Position numbers and translations under genes: made by a program. DNA of 61,769 bases, the filler included, from Nemertoderma westbladi (lineage: Eukaryota; Animalia; Xenacoelomorpha): NCBI GenBank assembly GCA_032718475.1. It is 3 parts of 3 records of this genome, joined end to end, with 100 filler letters (N's around TTAATTAATTAA, not from the genome) between each part and the next. Parts side by side here need not be neighbours in the genome. Positions count along the whole stretch, not along the records: positions 1 to 30,250 come from JAUCBJ010005057.1; 2 more parts are not named here. One strand, written 5' to 3'. The notes below the pieces were generated by a model, which made no database searches, was not told the DNA's origin, and was given only the letters and a program-made list of their open reading frames with translations. Of the stretch, positions 13,901 through 25,910 are shown in pieces (positions within the stretch are counted from its first letter, which is position 1; every line of letters starts with the position of its first letter).

Positions 13901-14582
13901 CAGAAGGACTGCCATGGATCACCCCCAATAGGATCTGGGTCACCACCATCACTGTGGAGTAGGCAAGCACCAAAAGCACGTTGCATCAGCGCATCAATGT
14001 CAACTTGGGTTGAGGGAGAGACTTCTGGATCTTCCAGGGTTATACATCCGTCTTCATAGATTGGGGCCTCAATTATAGTCGAGTCAAGAATTGAATGTTC
14101 CTGTTCGAAGGGGGCATCTTTTATTGTCTCACTAGCGCACTCATCCATTAAAACAACATTGTCAGGAATCACGGCGTTGGTATTGACATTCTGTACCCGG
14201 ACCCGCCATGCATTAAGATTGCGACACAAGCCATTTGTAGATGGTTGGCAGTCTGAACAAAATGTGTTTTTCTTCCTGCACTTACAGTTCAAGCAGGAAC
14301 CTGATCTACACGAACAACAATGCTGGCTTTGGCTCATCTCCATTCCAGTAGACTGAATTATTACTTATTTAAATTAATAAATTTGTAGTCCTCAACTTAG
14401 CTATTTTTTTTTTTTTTTCAAAATAATTAATAAACTAAATTTAACAATTTATTATAAATCGTATTTTTGTGGCAACAATTACGAAATAGCTAGTAATTAA
14501 AACAAAATTAAACCTGGAAATTTACTCTGAAAATTTAGTCACACTCCTCTTATTCAAAATTCTAGAATTTCAACACATTAAT
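10972..14582 (-). mobile_element. Full-length CRE-clade (restriction-like endonuclease) non-LTR retrotransposon, inactivated by frameshifts and a short AT-rich insertion
   Basis: N-terminal Cys-rich motif. RT motifs RPIGVGEALRR, LVDASNAFN, GFTQGDPLAM (~12720-12755) and HIWYADDA (~12570-12592). Zn knuckle CDGCG, RLE motifs RHNEVRD...RADL...LFDVRV. 15-bp TSD ATACACACATTAAAT (10957-10971, 14583-14597). Confidence 0.88.
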
Positions 14583-15364
14583 ATACACACATTAAATTAG
14601 TTCGTGTGTACTGTGTGTTGTTAAGTGTGTAAGATTTGATTGTTTCGTCACGAACCCATTAGGGCACAGAAACTGACGAATTCTTCGCGAATTTCGCAAA
14701 CTTCGGGAATTTTTTCTACAATTTTGACTCCTTAAGCAAAAGGGTCCCGAATGAGTTTTTTAACCTTTATTTTTTTGTGATTTTGAATGCTTTTTTATAT
14801 TAGTGAATGTTCTAGAACCTTAGTAGATTTTTTATGGTATATAGCTAGTATTTTTTACTAGCTAGTAATTTTTGGAAATTATTTTGGTCATTAATATATT
14901 CTTCAACAGTTTAACCTGAAATATCATGGACTTTCACATTTTTTATAATTTCCAAAAATACTAGCTAGCAAAAAAACACTAGCTATCATAAAAAACATAT
15001 CTACTAATGTTGTAGAACTTTCACCAATACCAAAAAAATTAAAAAACTCTAAAAAAGGATTGGTGAAAAATGGCTGGGGTGTCGACAGGGCGAAGTAGGG
15101 ACCGTGTTGCTTAACCCCTTAGAGCCTAATGACGTCCACCGCACGTCACCATGGACAGCACAAAGACGTGCAGTTGACGTCATGCTGGAATACATGTTTT
15201 ATTGGAAGGCTCTTGGAGTAGGTATACTGGTGGATAGTATTAATGACATTTATTGCTCTTCATGGCAAAAAATCCATTCTGTACTGTAGATAGGCTGTAT
15301 TGTAGACTGTATTATTAGTGTTAGGTATATGGCGTAATGCCAACCACAGTACAGTAGTTCAGAC

Positions 15365-15760
15365 TGACAGAGAGACCGACAGACAGACAGACTAGATTTA
15401 TGTAAACGTGTAAACTGACATCAGAAATGAAATCAGCAACCCTTAAAACCCCCATAGCGAGAATGTTGGTTAGTTAGTATACTTTCTTAAGTTTTCACAG
15501 ACTGACTGGCAGAAAGACCGACAGCCAGACAGACTAGATTTTTTTAAACGTGAAAACTGACATCTAAAATAAAATCAGCACCCATTAAAACCCCCATAAC
15601 GAGAATGTTAGTTAGTTTGTATTCTTTTTTAAGTTTTGACAGACTGACTGACTGACAGAAAGACCGACAAACAGACAGACTAGATTTATGTAAACGTGAA
15701 AACTGACATCAGAAATGTAATCAGCACTCCTTAAAACCCCCATAGCGAGAATGTTAGCGA
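15365..15760. repeat. ~141-bp internal tandem repeat, ~3 copies (inner element copy)
   Basis: Reverse complement of the unit arrayed at 16675-18345. Confidence 0.85.
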
Positions 15761-16674
15761 CAAGTTTTAATTATTAACCATATTTCGTAAGATATATTTT
15801 AAAACATTTATTTATTAATAATGCAATAACTGAATAACCAGATAACGGAAAGACAAACCGAATTGAAACTTTTAATTACTAATAATAATTGTGGTGAGAG
15901 GTGATGGAAATCAAGAATATATGTTATGTTATGGAGCACGCGTTGGTAGGCACAGGCAAATGAATTGATGTCTGTTGAGATGTATTGAAGGAGCACTATT
16001 CCTTCTATTGGACTACTATGTCCTTGTGTACTAGCCTAGGCACTGGCTTGATCAAAGACTTTAGCTTGAAGTAATGTAAAACTTCAAGAAATATTATTGG
16101 GCACGGCTGCCCTTGCCATGCCTTAGGCTCTATGGGGGAGAATGGAATCAGCGTATGAATTTACAATGTTAATTATGTTTAAATCAATTAAAAATACATT
16201 TATTAACGCAAATCACTTGAAAAAATAAAAAACTATAATGGGATGGGGTACATGGATTCCAGATATCTAATTTCTGTGCAAAATAACTTTAATCGTATGG
16301 TGCTAAATAATTAATTTCCATGGAGAGATCGTTCAAAATGACTCAACCATACAATTTAGCTGAAAATATTAACTTCGATTATGGCTTCCGACATTTATGG
16401 CTTCCGACACACACACACACACACACACAGACTTTTGAAAAACGGCCATAGTATAATTATATCAGTTCGCTGATGGCTCGCCATACGTGTCTCACCCCAC
16501 ATAACATATATCCTTGATTTCCAATCACCTCTCACCACAATTATTATTAGTAATTAAAAGTTTCAATTCGGTTTGTCTTTCCGTTATCTTGTTATTCAGT
16601 TATTGCATTATTAATAAATAAATGTTTTAAAATATATCTTACGAAATATGGTTAATAATTAAAACTTGTCGCTA

Positions 16675-18345
16675 ACATTCTCGCTATGGGGGTGCTGATT
16701 ACATTTCTGATGTCAGTTTCCACGTTTACATAAATCTAGTCTGTCGGTCTGTCGGTCATTCTGTTAGTCAGTCTGTCAAAACATAAAAAATAATTCAAAT
16801 TAACTAACATTCTCGCTATGGGGGTTTTAAGGGGTGCTGATTTCATTTCTGATGTCAGTTTTCAGGTTTACATAAATCTAGTCTGTCTGTTTGTCGGTCT
16901 GTCGGTCTTTCTGTCAGTCAGTCAGTCTGTCAAAACTTAAAAAAGAATACAAACTAACTAACATTCTCGTGGTGGGGGTTTTAATGGGTGCTGATTTCAT
17001 TTCAGATGTCAGTTTTCACGTTTAATAAATCTAGTCTGTCTGGCTGTCGGTCTTTCTGTCAGTCAGTCTGTCAAAACTTAAAAAAGAATACAAACTAACT
17101 AACATTCTCGTTATGGGGGTTTTAATGGGTGCTGATTTCATTTCAGATGTCAGTTTTCACGTTTAATAAGTCTAGTCTGTCTGGCTGTCGGTCTTTCTGT
17201 CACTCAGTCTGTCAAAACTTAAAAAAGAATACAAACTAACTAACATTCTCGTGGTGGGGGTTTTAATGGGTGCTGATTTCATTTCAGATGTCAGTTTCCA
17301 CGTTTACATAAATCTAGTCTGTCTGTCTGTCGGTCATTCTGTTAGTCAGTCTGTCAAAACATAAAAAATAATTCAAATTAACTAACATTCTCGCTATGGG
17401 GGTTTTAAGGGGTGCTGATTTCATTTCTGATGTCAGTTTTCAGGTTTACATAAATCTAGTCTGTCTGTTTGTCGGTCTTTCTGTCAGTCAGTCAGTCTGT
17501 CAAAACTTAAAAAAGAATACAAACTAACTAACATTCTCGTTGTGGGGGTTTTAATGGGTGCTGATTTCATTTCAGATGTCAGTTTTCACGTTTAATAAAT
17601 CTAGTCTGCCTGGCTGTCGGTCTTTCTGTCAGTCAGTCTGTCAAAACTTAAAAAAGAATACAAACTAACTAACATTCTCGTTATGGGGGTTTTAATGGGT
17701 GCTGATTTCATTTCAGATGTCAGTTTTCACGTTTAATAAGTCTAGTCTGTCTGGCTGTCGGTCTTTCTGTCAGTCAGTCTGTCAAAACTTAAAAAAGAAT
17801 ACAAACTAACTAACATTCTCGTGGTGGGGGTTTTAATGGGTGCTGATTTCATTTCAGATGTCAGTATTCACGTTTATTAAATCTAGTCTGTCTGGCTGTC
17901 GGTCTTTCTGTCAGTCAGTCTGTCAAAACTTAAAAAATAATACAAACTAACTAACATTCTCGTTATGGGGGTTTTAATGGGGCTGATTTCATTTCAGATG
18001 TCAGTTTTCACGTTTAATAAATCTAGTCTGTCTGGGTGTCGGTCTTTCTGTCTGTCAGTCTGTCAAAACTTAAAAAAGTATACCAACTAACCAACATTCC
18101 CGCTATGGGGGTTTTAAGGGGTGCTGATTTCATTTCTGATGTCAGTTTTCAGGTTTACATAAATCTAATCTGTCTGTTTGTCGGTCTATCGGTCTTTCTG
18201 TCAGTCAGTCAGTCTGTCAAAACTTAAAAAAGAATACAAACTAACTAACATTCTCGTGGTGGGGGTTTCCATGGGTGCTGATTTCATTTCAGATGTCAGT
18301 TTTCACGTTTAATAAATCTAGTCTGTCTGTCTGTCGGTCTTACTG
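16675..18345. repeat. ~141-bp tandem repeat, ~12 copies (outer element copy)
   Basis: AACATTCTCG recurs at 16960, 17101 and 17242 (period 141); the unit contains GTCT/GTCA microsatellite. Confidence 0.92.
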
Positions 18346-20101
18346 TCAGTCTGTACTACTGTACTGTGGTTGGCATTACGCCTTATACCTAACATTGATA
18401 ATACAGTCTACAATACAGCCTATCTACAGTACAGAATGGATTTTTTCCCATGAAGAGCACTAAATGTCTTTAATACTGTCCACCAGTATACCTAGACCAA
18501 GAGCCTTCCAATAAAACATGTATTCCAGCATGACGTCCACAGCACGTCTTAGTGTTGTCCATGGTGACATGCACTGGACGTCATAGGCTCTAAGGGGTTA
18601 AGCAACACGGTCCCTACTTTGCCCTGTCGACACCCCAGCCATTTTTCACCAATCCTTTTTTAGAGTTTTTAAATTTTTTTGGTATTGGTGAAAGTTCTAG
18701 AACATTAGTAGATATGATTTTTATGATAGCTACCGGTAGTGTTTTTTTGCTAGCTGGTATTTTTAGAAATTATAAAAAATGTGAAAGTCCATGATATTTC
18801 AGGTTAAACTGTTGAAGAATATATTAATGACCAAAATAATTTCCAAAAATTACTAGCTAGTAAAAAATACTAGCATTATACCATAAAAAATCTACTAAGG
18901 TTCTAGAGAATTCACTAATATAAAAAAGCACTCAAAATCACAAAAAAAATAAAGGGACCCTTTTGCTTAAGGAGTCAAAATTGTAGAATAAATTCGCGAT
19001 GTTTGCGACGTTTGTGAAATTCGCAACGTTTGCGAAATTCGCGAAGAATCCGTCAGTTTCTGTGCCCTAATGGGTTCGTGCCGAAACGATCAAATCTTAC
19101 ACACTTAACATACACGAACTAATTTAATGTGGGTATTAGTATGCCTGAATAATTAAATAGAAATTAAATTAATGAACGCTATTTCAACATGAAATCTACG
19201 GAATCAATACACAACACACCCACACTACTGAATTTAAAAATTTATATAGATTGCAACTTTTATTTGGCTACCTTTTAATGGGTGACTAATTTAATTATCC
19301 ACCCCTATATATTTGTAGCCTTTTTAATTTGTGCCTTTAATTGATAATTTAATCAAACATTAAACTAAAATCTATGTAACAATATTGATCTGTCTGTAGC
19401 TGGTCAATGAATCTCTCATAAATGTGTTAATTAGTCGCTGCTCAGTCATTGAACATTTGAACACGTGCTGCTCGAAGACCCCACAACGTGTTCATGTTGT
19501 TAAGCGGCTCTTTAGTTACGTAATAAATGTAAAAATAAAAATAAATGATTAAATTATTTACCTACACTTAATGCATCTTTAGATCGTGTTTTTTTGTATG
19601 TTTATTTTTGCTCGGTTTTGTTTTTTACTACCATGACAATTTGATGATTATTTTGGCAATTAATTTATTTACATATCTGATTTCAATGATTATTTCGAAC
19701 AATTTCTATTTATATTATCCATTTTTGCTTTGCTTGCTTGTTATTATAATTTACCTACTTAGAGCGTTATATTGCCTGGACTAAATAGTTATATATTTTG
19801 TGTAATCGGTAATGTGTGTATATTTATTTCTTCCTTTGTTCTATAAATACATACATACATACATATCATTGACCACGGCAGATTTAGGATTTGAAGAATT
19901 TGTATGTAATTTGAATTGCAGTAACTATGGAAGCAATATAGTAGAATACTACAGTTATTTCAATTAAGTTTGTAACACTATATCGCTCTATATTTTATTA
20001 AAGAATTGAGCAACAAAAAAAAGTTCCGGTACCAATTTAAGAATAAAATTACGTATTACATGGGAAAACAGTAGAACATTATTAAGTAATTTAAACAGGA
20101 C

Positions 20102-20189
20102 TTAGGATGATCCAACTCTATAGCAAATGAAGCGGAAAAAATGAATGCATTTTTTCCGCTTCATTTGCTATAGAGTTGGAACATCCTAA
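20102..20189. repeat. 88-bp near-perfect hairpin
   Basis: TTAGGATGATCCAACTCTATAGCAAATGAAGCGGAAAAAATG, 4-nt loop, then its reverse complement with one mismatch. Confidence 0.95.
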
Positions 20190-21759
20190 TTTTATTTTTT
20201 TTATTTATTTATTTACACCAAACCGACTATGGTTCATATCAGTGTACAGTACATAATAATAGCACAAATATTAAATATAGTGTAACTAACAGACTACAAG
20301 GTAAACTATACAGTAGAAAGTAACTAAAGTAGAATGAAAAATATCACATATTTTATATTATGGTAAGTAGTCTAATCGTTAATAATCAAAATAGTAAGGA
20401 ACTATTGCGCATGGACTGTAGTCTTGAGCCTACGTTACAACGAAAAATATGGCCTACAACATGATTGGCGGATGATTCAATTCTAGAGAATAAACTGGTT
20501 ACAGAGTGGTGACGTACGTGCACAAAACAAGGCAAATTGTGAGAACCAAAAAATAGTGACATACTAGACAGCGGAGGAATTGAAAATAACTTCCTTGCCG
20601 CGTTGTTGTAGGCCACCCTAATCCTATTATATACTGACGACGAGTAATTACTACGAGACCATAATGCGTTACAGTATAGAGGTGTAATGAATGCACGGAA
20701 CAATCTAATTTTCACAGAGACTGAACAAACTGAAAATTTACGTAACAATAAGTTCGCACGAGCATATAAACCTCTAGTACATTTCTTAATGTCGTAGTCA
20801 TCATCCCTAGTCTCGTGGATGATATGGCCTAAATATGAAAACTTATCAGTTTTTTCGAGTTCCCTACCACAGAGGTACACAGGAGAAATGGCTGTAGAAG
20901 CGCATGACTTTGGTTTAAAGTGCATTACTTTCGATTTCTTAATATTAATTACTATGCCGTGGGCTATGGCATAGTATAGTCTTCGCATTTATGAATGAGT
21001 CGTTGTAACCCTACCATTGAGTTTGATAGTAAACCAATGTCATCGGCGTACATTAAGTTATTACAACGTACGCCATCGAGCATGCACCCAACATTAGTAT
21101 TTAGTAAACTATATGTTAGGGCGTCCATATAAACATTGAAAAAGTACTGTGACAAAATTCCGCCCTGCTTAACACCATTTGATACTGTAAATCTATTAGC
21201 ATATGTAGACCCCCACTTTACTTGTAGGGTTTGGTTACGATACCAGTATGCTATAATACGCACAATATAAGATGGTATACCTCTAAGTTTATTTAATAAT
21301 TTATCATGCTCTATACGGTCGAATGCCTTAGAGGCGTCCAAAAAACATACAAAAACTGGGCTATCATTATCTAAATAGTAGTCGATTACTACCTTAAGCA
21401 CATATACCCCTAATTCAGTCCCGCTATTGCGTTTAAAAGCAAATTGATAATCGCTACAAATAATATGTGATTCAACACGAGAAAATATTATGTATTCAAA
21501 CAACTTACTAAATACTGCAGAAATGGCTACAGGTCGGTAGTTAGATTTATCGTCTAACGGGCCGTTCTTATCCTTTATAATTGGTATGAGGATACTATGA
21601 ATGATTGAGTTTGGGAGATACCCGTGGATAACAATAGAACTTAAAAGAATAGCTAACATGGTATTGAGCCTGCTACTATTACCATATACTAAATGCTCTG
21701 CCGAGATACCATCAGGGCCTACGGATATACCTAACTTAAGGTTAGAGAGTGCACATCCT

Positions 21760-22589
21760 GTCGCAGTGTCCGAGTGGATACGGCGCCTGAACTACTTACA
21801 CAATAGTGTTTGGTGGCGCAGGTTCGAATCCGACTAAAGGCTGTAGAAATTTCGCATTGTTGTGTCCCTAGGCAAGACACTTTAGACATTAGTGCCTACG
21901 CCAACCCAGCGGTATAATGGGAACCTAGCTTTGCTGGTAAGGGAAAGGCATGGGCAGCCTTGAATAGGCTTTCCAGGATTTGGAAGTCACCTAGAATTAA
22001 TCGGAAACTTAAGGTCCGATTATTTAGAGCAGCAGTAGTTCCAGTACTCCTCTACGGGAGTCCATGCTGGGCTCTAACTGCTGAGGACACCAAATCTCTG
22101 GATGGCACATTCACAAGAATGCTACGCCGGGTTCATTGTGTCAAGTACAATGCACACATCTCCAACCAGACACTATATAACATTGGAGGTGTCTCATTGG
22201 TTCCCCCAAGCTTGACACTAGAACAAAATCGCCTCCGCTTTGCAGGACATTGCTTTCGCCGTGAGGACCAGCCAGTGCATAATCTTGTACTTTGGCAGCC
22301 TCATGGAGTAAATAAGCATGGTGGACAGCCCATGACTTTCTTGAGACGCATCTTAAAGGACACTGGCCTTAAAGATGCGGATGATCTAGCAAATGTCATG
22401 GGTGATAGGGAGTTGTGGCGGTGCAATTTTGTTGACAAGCCGGCACAGCATTCTTAAAATGCAGCTGCAATGCAGCATGCCGATCCTAGTAGTAGCTTTG
22501 CTGGGGTAATGATAATAAAAGCGCTTTGAGTATGCTGAGCGTAGAAAAGCGCTATATAAATAACCAATATTATTATTATTATTATTATT
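21760..22589 (+). mobile_element. tRNA-derived SINE with L2-type tail, split by an RTE insertion
   Basis: A box (TGTCCGAGTGG), B box (GGTTCGAATCC), core GTGTCCCTAGGCAAGACACTT, tail AAGCGCTATATAAAT(ATT)n; 5-bp TSD ATCCT. Confidence 0.85.
21938..22492 (+). mobile_element. 5'-truncated RTE-clade LINE fragment
   Basis: IWKS...KVRLFRAAVVPVLLYGS..W...RLRFAGHC, (TAG)n tail, 12-bp TSD TAGCTTTGCTGG (21926-21937, 22493-22504). Confidence 0.9.
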
Positions 22590-22965
22590 ATCCTACTTCA
22601 TTTGCACTAATAAACATATCGGTGGTGAACTTCACCCTAGCACGTCATTAATGTCGTTCAATGAGAAATCGTTGCTTACTGAAGCGCTATTTAGCAACGT
22701 TGAAAATTCGTTATTAAATAAATCGGATATTTCGGCCTCTCCAGCTGCACCGCTAACTACGTTGGGAAGCGGGATACGCACATTTGTCTCTTTTTTAATT
22801 GAGTTCCAGAATGTATTAAAATCTTTACTCGTCTCGGCAGCAGCTGACTTATCGGCTCGTTTCACTTTATCTAAACGTTTGCAATTTCGAAACGCACGTT
22901 TAAAATTGGCTCTTGCCGCAAGATATTCTCTGTGCACGTTCCCTTGTCTTGGGGATCCCGCTTCC

Positions 22966-24418
22966 GGGCGTAGACGCTGTGCAGACAGAGGTGCCGACAT
23001 AGGTGCCGACACAGGTGCAGACACAGGTGCCGAAATAGGTGCCGACACAGGTGCCGACACAGGTGCCGACACAGGTGCCGACGCAGGTGCCGACACAGGT
23101 GCCGACACAGGTGCCGACATAGGTGCCGACACAGGTGCCGACACAGGTGCCGACACAGGTGCCGACATAGGTGCCGACATAGTGACCGACTTCGGCACTC
23201 AGGTTTCTCTCAATATGTTTATCTCACTAAATGGCTTACTTGTTGTGACGTTATATACTGTCTATTTGTAACTTTCAGAAAAATCAAATTCCAAAAGCCT
23301 TTATATGGCAGATTATCCCCGTCGGCAGTATGCAAAGGTTTAACACGTCAAAAAATATTTTATACCATACCTGAAGAACCCCTGCGATAGGAACACATGT
23401 TGTATAATAACATCCTGCTGTCAATAATTAACGTAAATCATATGTTTCATTCACTATTAATTGTTAATTAATTAATTATTAATTATTCACTATTAACTCC
23501 AATAAGTATTTTTAAGAACATATATATAAAGATAAAGAACATGCTACAAACATGCTAACATGTTTATTGGGTGAATGAAACATATGATTTACGTTAATTA
23601 TTGACAGCAGGATGTTATTATACAACATGTGTTCCTATCGCAGGGGGTCTTCAGGTATGGTATAAAATATTTTTTGACGTGTTAAACCTTTGCATACTGC
23701 CGACGGGGATAATCTGCCATATAAAGCTTTTGGAATTTGATTTTTCTGAAAGTTACAAATAGACAGTATATAACGTCACAACAAGTAAGTCATTTAGTGA
23801 GATAATCATATTGAGAGAAATCTGAGTGCATATGTCGGCACATATGTCGGCACATTTGTCGGCACCTATGTCGGCACCTGTGTCGGCACCTGTGTCGGCA
23901 CCTGTGTCGGCACCTGTGTCGGCACCTGTGTCGGCACCTGTGTCGGCACCTGTGTCGGCACCTGTGTCGGAACCTATGTCGGCACCTGTGTCGGCACCTG
24001 TGTCGGCACCTGTGTCGGCACCTGTGTCGGCACCTGTGTCGGCACTTGTGTCGGCACTTGTGTCGGCACCTGTGTCGGCACCTGTGTCGGCACCTGTGTC
24101 GGCACCTGTGTCGGCACCTGTGTCGGCACCTGTGTCGGCACCTGTGTCGGCACCTGTGTCGGCACGTATGTCGGCACCTGTGTCTGCACCTGTGTCGGCA
24201 CCTGTGTCGGCACCTATGTCGGCACCTGTGTCGGCACCTGTGTCGGCACCTGTGTCGGCACCTATGTCGGCACCTGTGTCGGCACCTATGTCGGCACCTA
24301 TGTCGGCACCTGTGTCGGCACCTGTGTCGGCACCTATGTCGGCACCTGTATCTGCACCTGTGTCGGCACCTATGTCGGCACCTATGTCGGCACCTCTGTC
24401 TGCACAGCGTCTACGCCC
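22966..24418. mobile_element. Foldback (FB/Mutator-like) non-autonomous element with modular long TIRs
   Basis: Ends GGGCGTAGAC...GTCTACGCCC, 9-bp TSD CCCGCTTCC (22957-22965, 24419-24427). Arms 22966-~23453 and ~23571-24418 are reverse complements containing unequal arrays of the 12-mer GGTGCCGACACA. Confidence 0.9.
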
Positions 24419-25389
24419 CCCGCTTCCCGCCATACTTGGAACTTATGTAATGACAAATTATATTTATCCCTGACTGAGTCGTTCCAGCCAGGAATGTTAT
24501 AATTATGACTAGACTCGCCCGTTTGTTGTTTAGACGGTACTGTCTTCCTGGCTGAATCGATAATTGCACCAGAAATAAATTCCCAGTACTTTTCGATTGA
24601 CTCGCAGTGGTCCTTGCAGTTCGGGTCTGTACATTTCAAGCCGTCAGGTATTGAAATGTCGGCCAGTGCAGAGTTTAATACTTTGCTGTACTCTTTTATA
24701 TCATTTGAGTTTGGAGGACCCCATTGTAATTTGCAATGGTTACGGTCGGTTACATCAACGTTAGGGGGCTGAGCACTGCGAGTTAAATCAGGTATAACGT
24801 TAAGGTCTACAGAGATCGGTATATGATCTACTGTAGATAAATTGTATGAAACAAAGTATTCATTAACAAACGATTCGGATGCGGCTGTTGTCACTACATG
24901 GTCAAGCAATGATGTGGTACTAAAAGCAGCGCTAGTAAAGGTAAACGTATCACTAGGTAAGTTTGCTACATCAGATATGTTAAGAGAATTATTATTGCAC
25001 CAATCACTTAATTCATCGTAAAAATAAGAACTAGCCTAAGTCCTAACTAAGCCTAAGTAAGTAACTAAGCCTAAGTCCTGTTTAAATTACTTAATAATTT
25101 ATACAATCTATGGATGTTAAAAACATATAAACAATAAGAAAACTAGAAAATTGTTTCAATATCTCTCGTCCCTTTATTAACCGCGCTTGCGCTCGGTAAA
25201 TAAAATGCCTCGAGATAGTGCTTATTTCCCATGTATGTAATAAATAATCATTTTTTGTTAATATAAATTATTACTAATACATGCACAGTTGAACCGTTTC
25301 AATTTCCGTTTCAATCATTCGGCGCAATTTCAATTTTCAGTCGGTGCAAATTGACTTACACCCCCCCCCCCCCCCCCCCCCCCCATCAT

Positions 25390-25910
25390 TTTTGGTCTAG
25401 CGCAGCCGATAGAGGGCGAAATGTCTCAAAGTGAAATCCCTGACCCTTTCATCGTGATTCCGTTCAAGCTTAAACTTGTCCGATAAGTGCTAGAAGATAT
25501 CCTGTGTCTTTCTGGGGTCGGTAATCGGTCTGCAGTTTTCCATCTGCCGCTAGAGGGCGAATTAATTAAAGTGATAACCTTACATATTTCCTTGTTAATA
25601 ACCTGTTGCCGGTATCAGACCACATGCCGCATATTTTGAGAAAGGTGATTCATCTGTAGTTCTCCAGTCTGCCGCTAGAGGGCGATATCTCAGAAAGTGA
25701 AAAACTTATACGGTTTCCTTGATTTTAATCGGTTTAAGCTGAAACCTGGCATATATGTACTATAAAACTGGCTGTTTCTTTGCTGCAGTTACCAGGTCTG
25801 CCTCGAGGTAGTAAAGTGATTTGGGTACATCTGCTTAGATTTTGGTTATAATTCTTTCGAGTTGACACTTAACATGTCACGTGCTGCGCGAAGACTCAAC
25901 TTCGTGTGGG
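25390..25910. mobile_element. HINE-like element with internal ~125-140-bp repeats
   Basis: Three GCCGMTAGAGGGCGA copies; ends in CACGTGCTGCGCGAAGAC, like the other HINE-like ends. Confidence 0.45.

Larger units (their letters stand above)
10043..19492. mobile_element. Two copies of one HINE-like element family, one (10603-16500) nested in opposite orientation inside the other (19492-16501 plus 10602-10043)
   Basis: 10603-10971 plus 14583-15928 is the reverse complement of 16501-19492, and 10043-10600 is the reverse complement of ~15945-16500. Terminal motifs are GTGGGGTCTTCGAGCAGCACGTG and CTCRCCCCRCA, with a (CA)n microsatellite. Confidence 0.7.
20190..25030 (-). mobile_element. 5'-truncated APE-type LINE (ORF2 pseudogene) interrupted by two insertions
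   Basis: APE C-terminus (LDHVVTT...VDHIPI) at 24420-25030, linker at 22595-22965, RT (GPDGISAEHL, NYRPVA, FLDASKAFD, GVKQGGILS, LMYADDI, YLGHII) at 20386-21759, and an A-rich 3' tail at ~20190-20215. Reading frames rejoin across both insertions. Confidence 0.9.

Noticed and set aside
15111-18601. piggyBac-like element bounded by TTAACCCCTT...AAGGGGTTAA
   Set aside because: The inverted symmetry continues far outside these points, so they are the same internal site in two oppositely oriented copies, not a TIR pair.
19050-19092. Hammerhead-ribozyme-like GTTTC...GAAAC arrangement (also ~14640-14680)
   Set aside because: The core reads CTAATGG instead of CTGANGA and the stems are inadequate; no hammerhead was seen near the Penelope element either.
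22632-24473. SAPV/GADT/CRHL repeat proteins (antifreeze- or mucin-like)
   Set aside because: Translations of the 12-bp arrays in the foldback element, which has a TSD and interrupts a LINE.
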